A program made the position numbers and the translations under genes. Shown here in pieces: positions 37,921 through 51,810 of a stretch of 64,000 nucleotides of DNA; within the stretch, counting starts at the first letter, position 1; each line of letters begins with the position of its first letter. The DNA comes from Leucoraja erinacea (Eukaryota): contig NC_073384.1 of assembly GCF_028641065.1 (NCBI RefSeq), forward strand, positions 16,430,001-16,494,000, in the 5' to 3' direction. The notes under the pieces were generated by a model. The model saw nothing but the letters and a program-made list of their open reading frames with translations. It was not told where the DNA came from and did not search any database.

Positions 37921-40099
37921 CAAAGAAACTGTAGAGAGTTGTGGACGTAGCCCAGTCCATCATGCAAACCAACCACCTCCATCCCTGCCGTTGACTCCAT
38001 ATATACTTAATGCTTCACATTATCAAGGACCACTTACACTGGTCATTCTCTCTTCTCCCCTCTCTATCCGGAAAAAAAAAATCTATAAAAACTTGAAAGC
38101 TTGAAGAAACCACATTCAAAAGCAACTTCTCGGCTGTTAGCAGACTCTTGAACCGATGTCTTGTTTGAAAAGGATATAACACTGATCTTCCAATCTACCT
38201 CATTGTGGCACTGGCATTTTGTTTTTATTATCTGCACTTCCTATGTGGCTCTACAGCTGTAGGCTGCACTCATTATTTACTCTTTTGCAACACCTGATGT
38301 ACTCATGTAGAGTGCAATTGGACTGAAGTGCACACAAAACCAGGTTTTTTTACTCTATCTCTCTGTATGTGACAATAATAAAGCAATTCTCCAGCATATT
38401 TTCTTGTGTTCATGTGATGCATTAAATTCCTCCAATTTGATTTCTCCATCTGCCTTGGTAAGAGTTGAACGCACACCTCTGAGCAATATTCTAGACTCTT
38501 AGATAAGAGTTAAGATGGAAATTCTACTGGGGAAAGTATCTCAAGTGTCCATATCTGGGACCAGAGGAGAAGCCAGATCATTTAAGTTGAAGGCCAGCTT
38601 ATTTTGGCCAGTATCAAAGATCAGTAGTTGGTTCATTCAGCAACAGTGACATCAATGTCCATTAATGTGCTGACTGAGGCACTTGGGGATGGTTCAGAGT
38701 CGAGGCGTTGGAGCGGTTTAGGTGCCAGGTATTGGCCAGACTGATTTCATGCCCTGGAGACACAAGGAACCGCAGGTGCTGGAATCTTGAACAAAAAAAA
38801 ACTGCTGGAGGAACTCGGTACATCAGGCAGTATCTGCGGAGGGAAATGAACAGTCGATGTTTTGAGTCAATACCCTTCTTCAGATGAACGCACTAGAGGG
38901 GAGAAAGCTGGATGAGAGACATAGGGGTGGGGCAAAGGCTGAAAGTGAGCGATGGATATAGTGAAGAAGGGTGGATTGGCAGTTGGGTGGAAGAATACAC
39001 AGGAAGGATAAAAGAGAAATAAGGGACTTGGAGATGGGAGATGAACACAAGGAGGAGTTGAAAGAAACATGGTAACGGGGTGGTGGGGAAAATGTGTATG
39101 CAATGGGGGGAGAAAGAGATGTGGGGATAGAGATGCATTACTTGAATTTGGATAATTCAATGTTTATAATGTTGGGTTGTAAGCGGAGCTGTTCACCCAG
39201 TTTGCATGCGACCTCACTCTGGCAGTGGAGGAGGCTGAAGACAGAAAGGTTAATATATGGGGAATGGAAGGGGAGTTGAAATAGTTAGCAACCAAGAGCT
39301 CCAGCACGCCTTGGCACACAGCAAGTAAGTGTTCGACAAAACCTGCTACTAGTCTACGCTTGGTCTCGGCAATTCAGAAGAAACTGATTTTCCAGGTAAA
39401 ATATGAATAATGCCAGATTCCGCCTGTCCAAGCATGGAGCAAAGAGCTGAATTCCAGAGGTGAGGTGAGAGGGACACCTTCCAGCATCAAGGCAGCATTT
39501 CGCCAAGTGCGGCATCGAGGAGCCCTGGTAAAACCGGTCAATGGGATTCAAAGGGATAATGCTCCAGTGGTTGGAGTCATTCCTCACACAATGGCAGGAT
39601 GTTGTGGGAGGTACAGGTCAATCATCACTGCAGGAGTTCATTGGGGCAGTGTCCTGGGTCCCCAACCATCTTCAGTTGCTCCATCAATGACCCAAACAGC
39701 ATTTAGGCATGCACTGATAGGTAGTAAGTAGGACTTTGGCAGCAAAGTTCTAGGTCATGACCATCTCCAAAAAGAGGGAGTGTTTAACCATCTCACCTTG
39801 ACTTCAGTGCATTACCATTGCTGAGCCTCCCACCATCAACATCCTGGGGTTACCGACCACATAAACACTGTGACTCCAGGAGCAGGTCAGAAGTTGGGCA
39901 TATGATTCTCTCCTGACCTGACAAATGTTTTCCAGCATGTACAAGGGGCAAGTTAGGAAAGTGATGGAACACCCTCCACCTGCTTGCACAAGTACAGCTC
40001 CCACAACACTCAATACCGTTGAACATTAGGACACCCTCCATTTTTATCTCACCACGACTATGGTGTGTGCCAACCACAAAATGCACTGCAGTTACAAAG

Positions 40100-42380
40100 C
40101 AAGCGGTTCTGCAGATGTTTGCGAAAGGAATGATTTAACACGTTGACATTTGGTCCTGTGGAAAATCGGATCGGGGAATTGAGAATGGACAATAAATAAA
40201 TAACAAGGAATTAAACAGGTAATTTGCATCAGGCCTCTCAACATTGATCCCAGAAATAGTTCTATGTCAGGAATTGGAAGGGAGGGAAGAACTCAGGAGA
40301 ATCGTATTAACCAGGGAAGTGATGCTTAGCAAATAGTTGGTGCTGCAGGATAACTGTCCCCAGATTAAAACAGATTGACAAGAGGCTGCTGAGATATTTC
40401 AAAATCTGCCCAGATTCAGGAGAGTTTCCATTAGTTTGGACAGAAAGCAGGAAACCTACAGGCCGGTTAAAGAACATCTGCCAAAGGGAAAATGTTAGAT
40501 GTTAGTTTACTTTTGTTTAGTTTAGAGATACAGTGCAAAAACAGGCCCTTCCACCCCGCAGATCAGCACCGACCAGTGATCCCCCATGCACTATCACTAT
40601 CCTACACGCTAGGGACAATTTACAATTTTACCGAAGCCAATTAACCTACAAAATTCCACATCTTTGCAGTGTGGGAGGAAACTAGAGCTCCCGGAAAAAT
40701 CCCATGCAGGTCACAGAGAGAACATACAAACTCGGTACAGACATCACCCATAGTCAGGATCAAATCTGGGTCTCTGGCGCTATAAGGCAGCAAATATATT
40801 TCTGCGCCACTGTGCCACTGTGTTATTAACAATACTATTTCAGGGCACTTAAGAAAACTCAAGATTATCAGCCAGGCAACATGGTTCTGTGTGTAAAAAA
40901 AAATGTTTGATTAATTTCTTGGAGTTTTGTGAAGAAATAACATATGGATCAATGGGATCTGGTTAATGTATTAATCTTATAGAAACTTACAAAATTCTTA
41001 AGAGGTTGGACAGGCTAGATGCAGGAAGATTGTTCCCGATGTTGGGGAAGTCCAGAACAAGGGGTCACAGTTTAAGGATAAGGGGGAAATCTTTTAGGGC
41101 CGAGATGAGAAAAACATTTTTCACACAGAGAGTGGTGAATCTCTGGAATTCTCTGTCACAGAAGGTAGTTGAGGCCAGTTCATTGGCTATATTTAAGAGG
41201 GAGTTAGATGTGGCTCTTGTGGCTAACAGGATCAGGGAGTATGGAGAGAAGGCAGGTACAGGATACTGAGTTGGATGATCAGCCATGATCATATTGAATG
41301 GCGGTGCAGGCTCGAAGGGCAGAATGGCCTACTCCTGCACCTATTTTCTATGTTTCTATGTTTCTATGAAACTAGATTTCCAGAAAGCATTTGATAAGGT
41401 TCTACTTCAAAGGTTACTGTGGAAATTAAAACTCGTGGTAATGGATTTAATATATTGGCATGGCCAGAAGGTTGGCTGGCTCACAGGAAACAGAGTGACG
41501 TAAATGATGTCATTCTTGGGTTGGCATGATGTAATGCGTGGTGTGTCACAGGGTTCGCTGCTGAATCGTCAATTTTTTAAAACTGGTTGAAGGTGCCCAA
41601 GGTGTTGCTGCCAAATTTGCTGGTGACTCAAAGATAGACAGGAAAGTAAGTTTGTGAGAGGATATAGACATGCAGTGAAGAGATATCGATGAGTTAAGTG
41701 AGCGGGCACATATCTGGCAAATGGAGGATAATATGGGAAATTGTGAAGCTCTTCATTATTGCTGAAGAAATAATAACAATGTTCATAACTGCGACAGATT
41801 GCAGAGCTCTGAGATGCAGTGGGATTGTGGTATACCGATAGTTGGTTCACACTAGGCTAATAGGAAAGTGCAACAAGTAATTAGGAAAGCTAACAGAATA
41901 TCTCAGTTTATTGTGAGGTAAATTTAACACAACAGATGGGAGGTTATGCCTTATTTATATATGGCACTGGTGAGATCATGCCTGGAGTGTTGCATACAGT
42001 ACTGGTTATGATATGAGAGGGGTGGTGGCAGGATGGACATGGAGATGATATTTCCTCATGAGGAAGAATCTAAAACTAGGGGGTCACTGTTGAAACATAT
42101 AGCATTGCGCATTTCAGGAGGAGATAGGACATAATTATTTCTCCAAGAGGGTTTAGGGTCTTTGGATCAAAGTTATTCACTGCATCTTGTTACACATGTT
42201 AATAACAAATCAATATCAATACAACTCTCTTCCTTACAGGGCTGAGGAAGTAATGCTTCAATATTTTTGAGGCAATGGTAGGATAGATTCTTGATAAGCA
42301 TGGGCATGTCAGGACAGTGGTGTTAAGGTTACAGTCAGATCAGAGGCATGTTTTTGTTGATAGGTGAGTAGACTCGGGTC
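40100..42380 (+). mobile_element. Old CR1 LINE with a nested V-SINE (40500-40820) and a young CR1 3' end (40980-41366)
   Basis: LDFQKAFDKV, GVSQGSLL and LVRSCLECCIQYW motifs; the young insert ends in (tttctatg)n. Confidence 0.7.
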
Positions 42381-43056
42381 AAGTACTTCACTGAGATATA
42401 TTTGCCCAGGCTAGTCTGATAGCACCTCCTACATCCACACAACCTCAGGACAGCAAGTGCATGCAAACGCCACCACCTGCAGCTTCTCCTCCAAATCACA
42501 CACCATGTTGGAAACATATTATTTGTCCATCATGGTTGGTGTGTCTAAATCGTTAATCATTATTGTACTGAAGAGCCTTGTGGATGTTTTAGAGCAATTT
42601 GGTCAGAGGCTGCATAATGGATATTTGCCAACTGTGATATCAAAGTGGAAGGAAATGAAATGAGCAGATGTTCCTGAGGCCACTCGGCAGCTTCACTAGC
42701 TCTTACTTGGAGCACTTGCTCTGTGTGATCGGGGATATGGACTGCGCTGGGAATACTGGGACTTATTGTCCATCCCCCATCAGAGGAGACTACTGAGAGC
42801 CACACTTGGAGTGCCGGCTACAGGTTACCTTCCCTGAAGGGGGAGAATGCAGCAATCGGCTTTTTTCAACAATCCAGGAGGTTTGCGATTGTCCCCACTG
42901 AGACTTTTTAATTTCTTGGCATTTTTATTTTTCTGAATTTATGTTAAGCAACTCCCAAGGTGGGGGTTGAACTCATGTCCCTGGCTGCTAGTCCAGTAAC
43001 CTGACCACTACACTACCGTCCCTGTATTTTAGGAAGGAAAGATGAATTGCACATAC

Positions 43057-46000
43057 TTGCGGTAGTGGGCTCAGTTCCGTTTCGGCTGATCTCTTCAGTG
43101 GTCACGGTCCATTCAGTCTCATTCCTGGATTCCTCGCCATTAATTCCAGTCTCATTCTCCCCGCTCCTAGATGACTCTTCAGGCTGAACTTTCTCACTCC
43201 GACTCCAGGAGATCCCTCCCTGTGTTCCGCTCAGCTTGGGGCCGAAGCGAGATGGCCCTTCATTGTCCCCCAGTAAATCATTCCCAATCCAGGATTTGGT
43301 TCCATCCGTCCCTTTCAGTTCCTTTTCATTCTTAGAAGCCTCTCCATAGTTCATGTATTGCACACTCTTCTTTGTGGACACATTTTCAGTGCTTGCATTT
43401 AAGTCATTCCCAATCCCGGAGATGTTTCCCCTGGTGATGTTCCGTTTGAATGCATTCCTGGCCGTCTCTTGGCCAGTTTCATTCACCTTAATCCCAGTTT
43501 TTGATACACTTCCAGCCACTTCATTCATATTCTTGGACAATAAGCCATTGGTTTCATACGACATAAATATCTTGTCATTGGTTTTACTTTCTTTCCCAGT
43601 CCTGGAGACTTCTCCAATTGCTGCCTTTTGTTTAGACGTATTTCGAGTAATTTTGTAACTGGTTATTTTCGATCGTTTCTCAGTCCTGGGCATTATATAA
43701 GCAGCTCCATTCATCTGCCTCTCTATCAAGGAGACGTCATCGCTGGTTCCAGACAGTTTACTCTCATTCCAGGATCTGATTGAAATGTCCTCATTTTTCA
43801 TGAACCTGATACTGGATGCCTCGCCTTTTCTATCCCGTTCATGCTCATTCCGTGAAGTTTCTTCCTCAGTTCCACTCGGCTCAGTCCCATTCCAGGTTAT
43901 TTGTCTAATGCTCACATGATTATTCCTGAAGCTCGATGCCTCTCTGATCACTGCCTTAACATTAGAAACGTTTCTGGAAATGTCACTGTTGGCTACAGTG
44001 GATGATTTATCTCCGCTTGTTGGAGTCAGCTCATTCCCATTCTTGGCTACCTCCCCACTGGCTCCATTCACTTTGCTCCCACCTGTGGCTGTACCTTCAG
44101 TGGTTCCATTCAACTGATTTCCATTCCAGAAAGCATCCCCATGAGTTATATTCGGTTTAGATGTGTTGATGTATATCTTGTCACCAACTCCTTTCAGCTC
44201 TCCACCCATTCTGTTCAGTTCATTCACACTCAAGGAATCATTTTGATTATTTCCATTCTTGGAAGTATTTTTATCGGTTATGTTCACCTCATTCTCAATT
44301 GAAGACGCCGTATCATTGGTAATATTTTGCTTATTCCCAATTTCTTCCATCTCTTCCTGGGTCCCATTCAATTCCATCTTGTTCCACGGTATTTCTCCTT
44401 GAGTTTCACTCTGCATTTTCCCACTATTTGGCTTCTCATCACCTTTCCCATTCATTTTCTGCTGACTCACTGACTGTGCATGTTTGGCTCCAATCGTTTT
44501 ACTCCCGGCTTTTGACACCCCTCCATTGGCTTTGCTCGGACTATTCTTGATTGCCGATGATTTTCCACTGTTTACTTTTTGTTTGGATGCTTTTCTAGAT
44601 AGTGCGTAATTAGTTGCTTTCTTCCCCATTCTTGTGTCATTGTTACCAGTACCTGATATCTCTGCGCATGTTTGATTTCGCTCAGTTCTGTTTCCCTCTT
44701 CACTGGGCACATTGAGTTCATTATCATCCCTGGATAGTTCTCCACTGACTCCAACCGACTGATTCTCAATCAATGATGAATTTCCATTCATCTCACCCAG
44801 TTCATTCTCAGTGGTGTATATCACCCAATCTGAAGCATATTGGTCTGATAAGTTCCTGGATATTTTACCATTATGTTTCTTTTCATTCCAGTTTATATCT
44901 TCATTGATTTCATTCAATGGACTCCTGACAAAAGGTCCATTAGACTCACTCCCATTCCTGGGCATCTCTTCAGAAGTCCCATTCATCTGATCCTTGTTGC
45001 AAAACATATCACCACAGGATCTATTTTGTTTCATTACATTACTGGCTGTTTCTTCACTGGTTCCATCCAACTCATTCCAAATCCAGGATGTCTCCCCAGT
45101 GGTCAGGTTTTGCACTGAGACATTGCCAGATATTTCACCACTATTGATAACTTTCCCAGTCTGGGCTATTTTATCATTGGTTCCCTCTAGTTCATTCTTG
45201 TACTGGGATAAGCTTTCATTTGATCTATTTGGATATACTTCATTCATTACTTGATTCTGTCCAGTTCCACTGGGCTTGTTCGCAACTACGGATCGATCTA
45301 TAGTCGTTACATTCCCATCACTTCCAACCAAGGTCGATTGGCTTCTGGTTCCAATCAATGCTACTGCCTCACCGGTGCCATTGAGCTCACTTCCATTCCT
45401 GGCAATCTCTTCACCATTAACAAGGCTCTCCATGTTCCCATCAGTAGCATTCAACTGATTTGTATTCCAGGAATCATCACCATCGGTTGTACTTTGTTTG
45501 GATGCATTCCCTGGTATTTCGTTGTTGGATCCTTGCGATTCATTCCCAAACCAAAGTAAAGGTTCATCAGTTCCGTTTAGCTCATTCCCATACACAGATC
45601 CATCTCGAGTAATTCCACCAGGATCAGTGTTGTTGGATACATTCAAATGGCCAGTACTTAAAATGCCTGAAACATCTCCATTCACATCATTCGCAATCGA
45701 TAACGTCTCAACTCTGGTTCCATTCACCATATTCCCAATCTGTGAACTATCATTGGATTCATGCACTACATTCCTAATATTTGATCTGTCATTTGATCCA
45801 TGCACCACACTCCCAATCTGTGAACTATCATTGCACTCATTCATTACATTCCCAATCCATGGAGTCTCTTCATGGGGTCCATTCGCCACTTTCTCAATCT
45901 GTGCACTCTCATTATTAGATCCATTCACCACATTCCCAATCGACGGTGTCTCCTCATGGGATCCATGCACCGCATTCCCAATCCATGCACTCTCATTATT

Positions 46001-49000
46001 AGATCCATTCACCACGTTCCCAAGCTGTGCACTATCATTGGATCCATTAACCATATTCCCAATCCATGTACTCTCACTATTGGATCCATTCACCACATTC
46101 CCAATCTGTGAACTATCATTGGATCCATTTATCACATTCCCAATCCATTGTGTCTCTTCATGGGATCCATTCATCACATTCCCAATCTGTGAACTATCAT
46201 TTGGTTCATGCACCACATTCCCAATCCATGGACTCTCATCATTGGATCCATTCATCACATTCCCAATCTGTGAACTATCATTTGGTTCATGCACCACATT
46301 CCCAATCTGTGCACTCTCATCATTGGATCCATGCACCACACTCCCAATCTGTGAACTGTCATTGCACTCATTCATCACATTCCCAATCGATGGTGTCTCC
46401 TCATGGGATCCATGCACCACATTCCCAATCCGTGCACTCTCATTATTAGATCCATTCACCACATTCCCAAGGTGTGCACTATCATTGGATCCATGCACCA
46501 CAGCCCCAATCCATGCGCACTCGCATTATTGGATCCTTTCACCACATTCCCAATCGACGGTGTCTCCTCATGGGATCCATTCACCACATTCCCAATCTGT
46601 GAACTATAATTGGATCCATGCACCGCATTCCCAATCTGTGAACTATCATTGCACACATTCAATACATTCCCAATCCATGGAGTCTCTGCATGGGATCCAT
46701 TCATCACATTCCCAATCCATGGACTCTCTTCGTGAGATTCATTCACCACGTCCCCAATCAATGGAGTTTCATCAATGGATCCATTAATCGCATTCCCAAT
46801 CCATGGAGTCTCATCACGGGTTCCATCCACCACATTTCCAATATGTGTGGTATTCTCACTGGACCCATTCACCGCATTCCCAATCCATGGAGTCTTATCA
46901 CTGGATCCATTCACCGCATTCCCAATCCATGGAGTCTTATCACTGGATCCATTCACCGCATTCCCAATCCATGGAGTATTATCACTGGATCCATTCACCG
47001 CATTCCCAATCCATGGAGTCTTATCACTGGATCCATTCACTGCATTCCCAATCCATGGAGTCTTATCACTGGATCCATTCACTGCATTCCCAATCCATGA
47101 AGTCTGGTCACTAGATGCACCTGAGTTCACCCCAGTATCTGATATCTCACCCCTTTTTTCACTCATATGGGCCGCAACCTGTGAAACCTTTCCAGCAGTT
47201 CCACTTTCATGAGTGTCAATCCTTGATGTTTCCTTTGATGTTGGTTTCACCTTGTTCCCAATCCTCGATTTTTCCCTTGTGTTTTCATTCAGATTATTCC
47301 CACGCTTTGCCTTTTCTTTTGAAGCATTGTTGGATATTGTGTAACTGATTATTTTCACTTTCTTCCCAACCCTGGAAATCCCATAGCTGGTTGTGTTCCA
47401 TGCATTCCCATTTTTTGGTATCTCTCCATTCTTTCTATTCAGCTCATTGGTGTTCATTATCATCTCTCGCTTGGTTTGATTATATCTTCCCCCACTTTCA
47501 TTCAAATTATTCAAACCCCAAGATCTCTCGTCAGCGACTTCACTTAGTCTATTCCCGAATATCAAACCACTTGCTTGATAATTTTTTTTGCTAATCTCAG
47601 CTGATTCTTTTTTTTTATTCCAGTGCTTTGAAGTCCATGATATTTTTCCAGTAGATGGATTCAACTCATGACCATCTCCAGACATCTCTTCATCTGTTCC
47701 ATTTATCTCATTCCCATCCATGGATATCTCTCCAGCAGTTTCATTGACCTGATTTCCATCCCCGGATATCTCTCCGCCAGTTCCCTCATTCCCATCCACA
47801 GTTCTATTGAACTCGTTCCCGTTCTTGGATATCTCTCCATCTGCTCCAATAGGCTTATTCCCATTCACGGATATCTCACTTCTAGTCCCATTAAGCCCAT
47901 TCCCATCCATGGACATCTCTCTATCCATTCCATTAAGCTTGTCCCCATCCCGGGATGTCCTGTCACCAGATCCATTAAGCCCATTCCCTTCCACGGCTGT
48001 CTCGTCAACAGTTCTATTTAGCACATTCCCATCTCCGGATATCTCTTCACTGGTCCCATCTGTCCCATTCCCCATCTGCCCAGTATCGCCAGGGCTCTCA
48101 TTTTGATTATTCTGAGAAATGGGCGACTTACCATTGCTCACATTTTGTTTGTAGAGATCCCCTGATTTGTTCCCAATGGTTAACTGAGGGTATAACGTGC
48201 CACCATTTTGATATTGCTCACTCCCGGATGAATCTTGATCAGTATTAATCATCATATTCTCACTCCTGGAAATGCCTCCATTGGTTGTATTTTTTTCTGA
48301 TTCATCGCTGGATAACTTCAGCTCAGTCCCACTTCGGGGTCTCTCTCCACCTTCTCCATTCATATCATTTCCAATCGTGGATATCTTTCCATTAGTTCCA
48401 TCCAGCTCTTTGACAATCCAAAATATTGGCCTGCTGAACTCGTCCTCGCTCGCTAAATTCTTTCCACTTGTTAGGTTTTGCTCATTCCCTGTCCAAGCTA
48501 CTTCTTCGGTGCCTGGAGTTTGTTTGGAAGCATTTCTGTTCAGTTCATCGTCAGTCACATTTGGATAATTCCAAGATGTCACCTCATTGATTTCATTCAG
48601 GTCATACTCAACCTTGGATTTCTCTCCACTGGTTGACTTCACTTGAGTCACATTCCTGTCGATGTCCCTGCTGATCACAATGACCTGGGTCCCGTTCTCG
48701 CTGATATCTCCCCACACTGTGCAGTAATAGACAGCAGAGTCATTGAGCATCACGTTTGTGACCGTCAGGATGAAGCTGCTGTTTGAGACGTCTTTGAACG
48801 GCTGGAACCGCTCAGTGAAGCCTGGTCTCCTTCGTATGCTGCCTCCTGCCTCGTGTGTTAAAACCCACTCCATGTCCTGCCCGGGTAGTTCTCGGTACCA
48901 GTGGACGTCAGTGTTTCCCACTTCAGCGTTCTCCATGGAGCACCGTAGCCGTGCTGTGTGACCCTCAGTGACACGCTCCAGCCTCGGGGATTGGATGAGG

Positions 49001-49016
49001 ATCGGAGAATTTGTAT
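43057..49016 (-). CDS. Ig-V receptor exon 3: second V-set domain fused to a ~1870-aa N-glycosylation-rich repetitive stalk; one apparent 2-nt frameshift near 46516
   Basis: Acceptor attttttcctctaag; exon starts at 49016. V domain reads PILIQSPRLERVTEGHTARLRC..VHWYR..FILTVTNVMLNDSAVYYCTVWG..GTQVIV. Donor GCA A/GTATGT at 43056. The exon is 5960 nt; removing 2 nt gives 1986 codons in phase 1-1 and joins ORFs 46456..48936 and 43013..46501. Confidence 0.85.
45700..47110 (-). repeat. Coding tandem repeat, 39/42-bp units (13/14 aa, e.g. SSDKTPWIGNAVNG and SNDSSQIGNVVHG)
   Basis: Recurrent cattcccaat...gatccat units; five near-identical 42-bp copies at about 46870-47095. Confidence 0.95.
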
Positions 49017-51319
49017 CTTAGAGGAAAAAATAGCAATGACCTTAATGATCATTCTGAAGCTTACAAAATGCATCCAACTGTTTGTCTCCCTCCCCATCAA
49101 CACCTGCAGGTCAGACTGAAACCGCACGCAAATTGGAGGAACACCACCTAATATTTTGCTTGAGCAGGGAGTTCTCTAATTTCAAGTAACCCTTGCCTTC
49201 CCTCTCTCTCTCTGTCCCTCTCCCACCCTAGAGATCCTGCTAGTTTCACTGTTTGTATCATTTCATTGTCATCTCTTTCAAGCCAACAATGGACCATTGT
49301 GGACACCATCTTTCTTGAGTCATCATTACCGGCTCTGAGTTGTTCTGTACCTCTTCATCTCTCGAGTTCCCACCTCTCCGGCTCTCTGTCTGAACAAGTG
49401 TCTCGACCAAAAGTGTCACTGATTCCTTTTCTCCAGATATGCTGCCAAATCTGCTGAGTTACTCCAGCATTTTGTGCCTATCTGCAGGTGACAGTTTGAT
49501 GCGCCCAAGATATTATAGTTGCACAGAACAGTATCAAACAAACTGCTGCTAGTTTCAGCTGAGGGACATAGAACATGGAACACAGAACAATACAGCACAA
49601 AACCCTTAAGCTCTCAGTCTGTGGTGAAAATGATACCAAGATAAACTAATCTCCTCAGCCTGCAAGGGATCCATATCCCTCCATTACATACATAACCATG
49701 TGCCTGTCTAAAATAATCTTAAACAACATTATTGAATCTACCTCCACCACCACCTCTGGCAGCCATGCCTCCACCACTCTCTATGTAAAGAAACGGAACC
49801 CGCACATCTCCTAGAAAGCACATCAATGCCTCTACTTCCTCAGAAGGCTTACAAAGTTCAGCATGTCCCCAACATCTGCAAGTTTCAGCCGAAGGGCATC
49901 AAAATCAGCTTCAGCCCTATTTAAGACTTTAATTTGAGGACCACTCCTATCTTTCTCCGTAACTACTGTGAAAGGGAATTATGGCAACTGCTCTCACAGT
50001 TCTCCCCCACGGGCACTCCCGCCACTTGCCCTACCACAGTTCCTAAGAGGAGGTCCAGTGTTGCAACCTTCAGTAGGGTCCTCTATATATTAATGAAGAA
50101 AGTTTTGATGTGCTTCTATCAGATCTCCCCTCAACTTCCGAATCTCCAGGGAAAGAAATCCACGTTAGTCCAACCTCTCCTTATAGCTAATACCTGCTAA
50201 TCTAGGTGGTAGCTGGAAAACTTTTTCTGCACCCTTCCCAAAACATACCTATCCTTCCTGTTATGGGATGACCAGACTGCAAACATTCAATTCTTAAGGT
50301 TTAGTAGTCTCTCTAGGAAGAGCACGCAAACACTCAATCCCGTGCCACCTTAAGAACATTTTAATGTTGAGCAATTGCAAATAAATGAAGTTTAAAGGGA
50401 TGGCGGTGTTATAATGCACGAATCAATACAAGTTAACTGGCAGATCACACAAGTAGTAATGAAGACAAATTGCGTGAATGCCTTCATTGCATAGAAAATT
50501 GGAGTTTAAAAGTACGGAAGTTTGTTGCAATTATACAGGGTGTTGGCGAGGCCACACCTAGAATACTGAACACAATTTTGGTCCCAGTGCATTGGGCACA
50601 GCAGTCTTACAGCGGTTGCAGTGCCAGGGACCCATATTTGATCCTGACTACGGGTGCTATCTGTGCGGAGTTTGTATGTTCTCCCCGTGTTGGTTTCCTC
50701 CCAAGACGTACAGGTTTGCAGGTTAATTGGTTTGGTGTAAATTGTCCATGGGTGTGTGTAGGGTAGTGTTAATGTGTGGGGATCGTTGGTCGGTGCGGAC
50801 TCGATGAGCCGAACGGCCTGTTTCCGCGCTGTATCTCTAAACTAAACAACCTTAAAACCTTCACTTTGGCAGATCCTAGTCATTCTAACCCCACAGATAT
50901 TCTGATGGGCAGACATCTGGCAAAGGTAAATGCAGCAAGTAGAACTTCCATTATAATGATGTTGTTTGGAGAAGTAGAATATCCTGTCCATAATGCTCAT
51001 CTCTCAATGATCCTGAGAGATGGCAGCAAAGCATCCCTGCTCCATTAGTCCAATCATCTCATTCTGAAGCCATCAGACCATTTGCCTCCCTGCCACTCGC
51101 TGCACCTGCAACAAGCTTGCACCATCAGCAACAATGCACATGGGTGCGTTGCACCAGGTCTTGTTGCACCTCCCCTTTACCAGTCTATCAACCTTCCTAT
51201 TATTATGTAGGGAGGAACTGCAGATGCTGATTTAAACAGAAGACGGGTGCAGTAAGAAGCTAGAGTAAGTCAGCAGGTCAGGCAGCATCTCTGGAGAAAA
51301 GGAATAGGTGACGTTTCAG

Positions 51320-51810
51320 GACTTAGTTCAGCCCGCCTCGGCCTACATGATCTCCCGGTTGTCAAACACTTTAACTCCCCTTCCCATTCCTACACTGACC
51401 TCTCAGTCCTGGGCCTCTTTCATTGTCAGAGTGAGACCAAACATAAATTGGAGGAACTGCAGCGCTTATTTAGCTTGGGCAGCCAATAAACCAGCGGTAT
51501 GAATATGAATTTCTCTAGCTTCAAGTAACCTTGCATTTCCTTTCTCTGCATCCCTCTCCCATCCTAGTTATCACACTAGTTTTACTGTCATCCTGTTGAG
51601 TTCCACTGCCTGTATTATCTCGTATTAACCTGTATTAACCTATCCCACAGTCAATGATTGTGGGCGCCACATTTATTTAATTATTGTTGCTTTCTGCTTA
51701 TCTTTCATTCTTTTGTGCTAAGTACTGTCTGTATCTTTCGTTCCCCTTTCCCCTAACTCTCAGTCTGTAGAAAGGTCGCAACCCGAAACATCACATAATC
51801 CTTTCCACCA
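51320..51810 (+). mobile_element. Penelope-like 3' fragment
   Basis: Degenerate H(F)NSPSH...LEE..L.F.LG motif followed by the terminal repeat. Confidence 0.55.

Noticed and set aside
45498-47212. Long plus-strand ORFs (429 aa and others) with FPIC/DPFT or His-rich repeats
   Set aside because: Antisense shadows of the 39/42-bp coding repeat. Splice sites and the V domain define the minus strand as coding.
48715-48721. Perfect RSS heptamer CACAGTG (minus strand) at the second Cys of V2
   Set aside because: It arises from codons TGC ACA GTG. The 12-spacer nonamer position (AGCGAGAAC) matches only 4 of 9 and the 23-spacer position does not match. The J-like strand is already joined.
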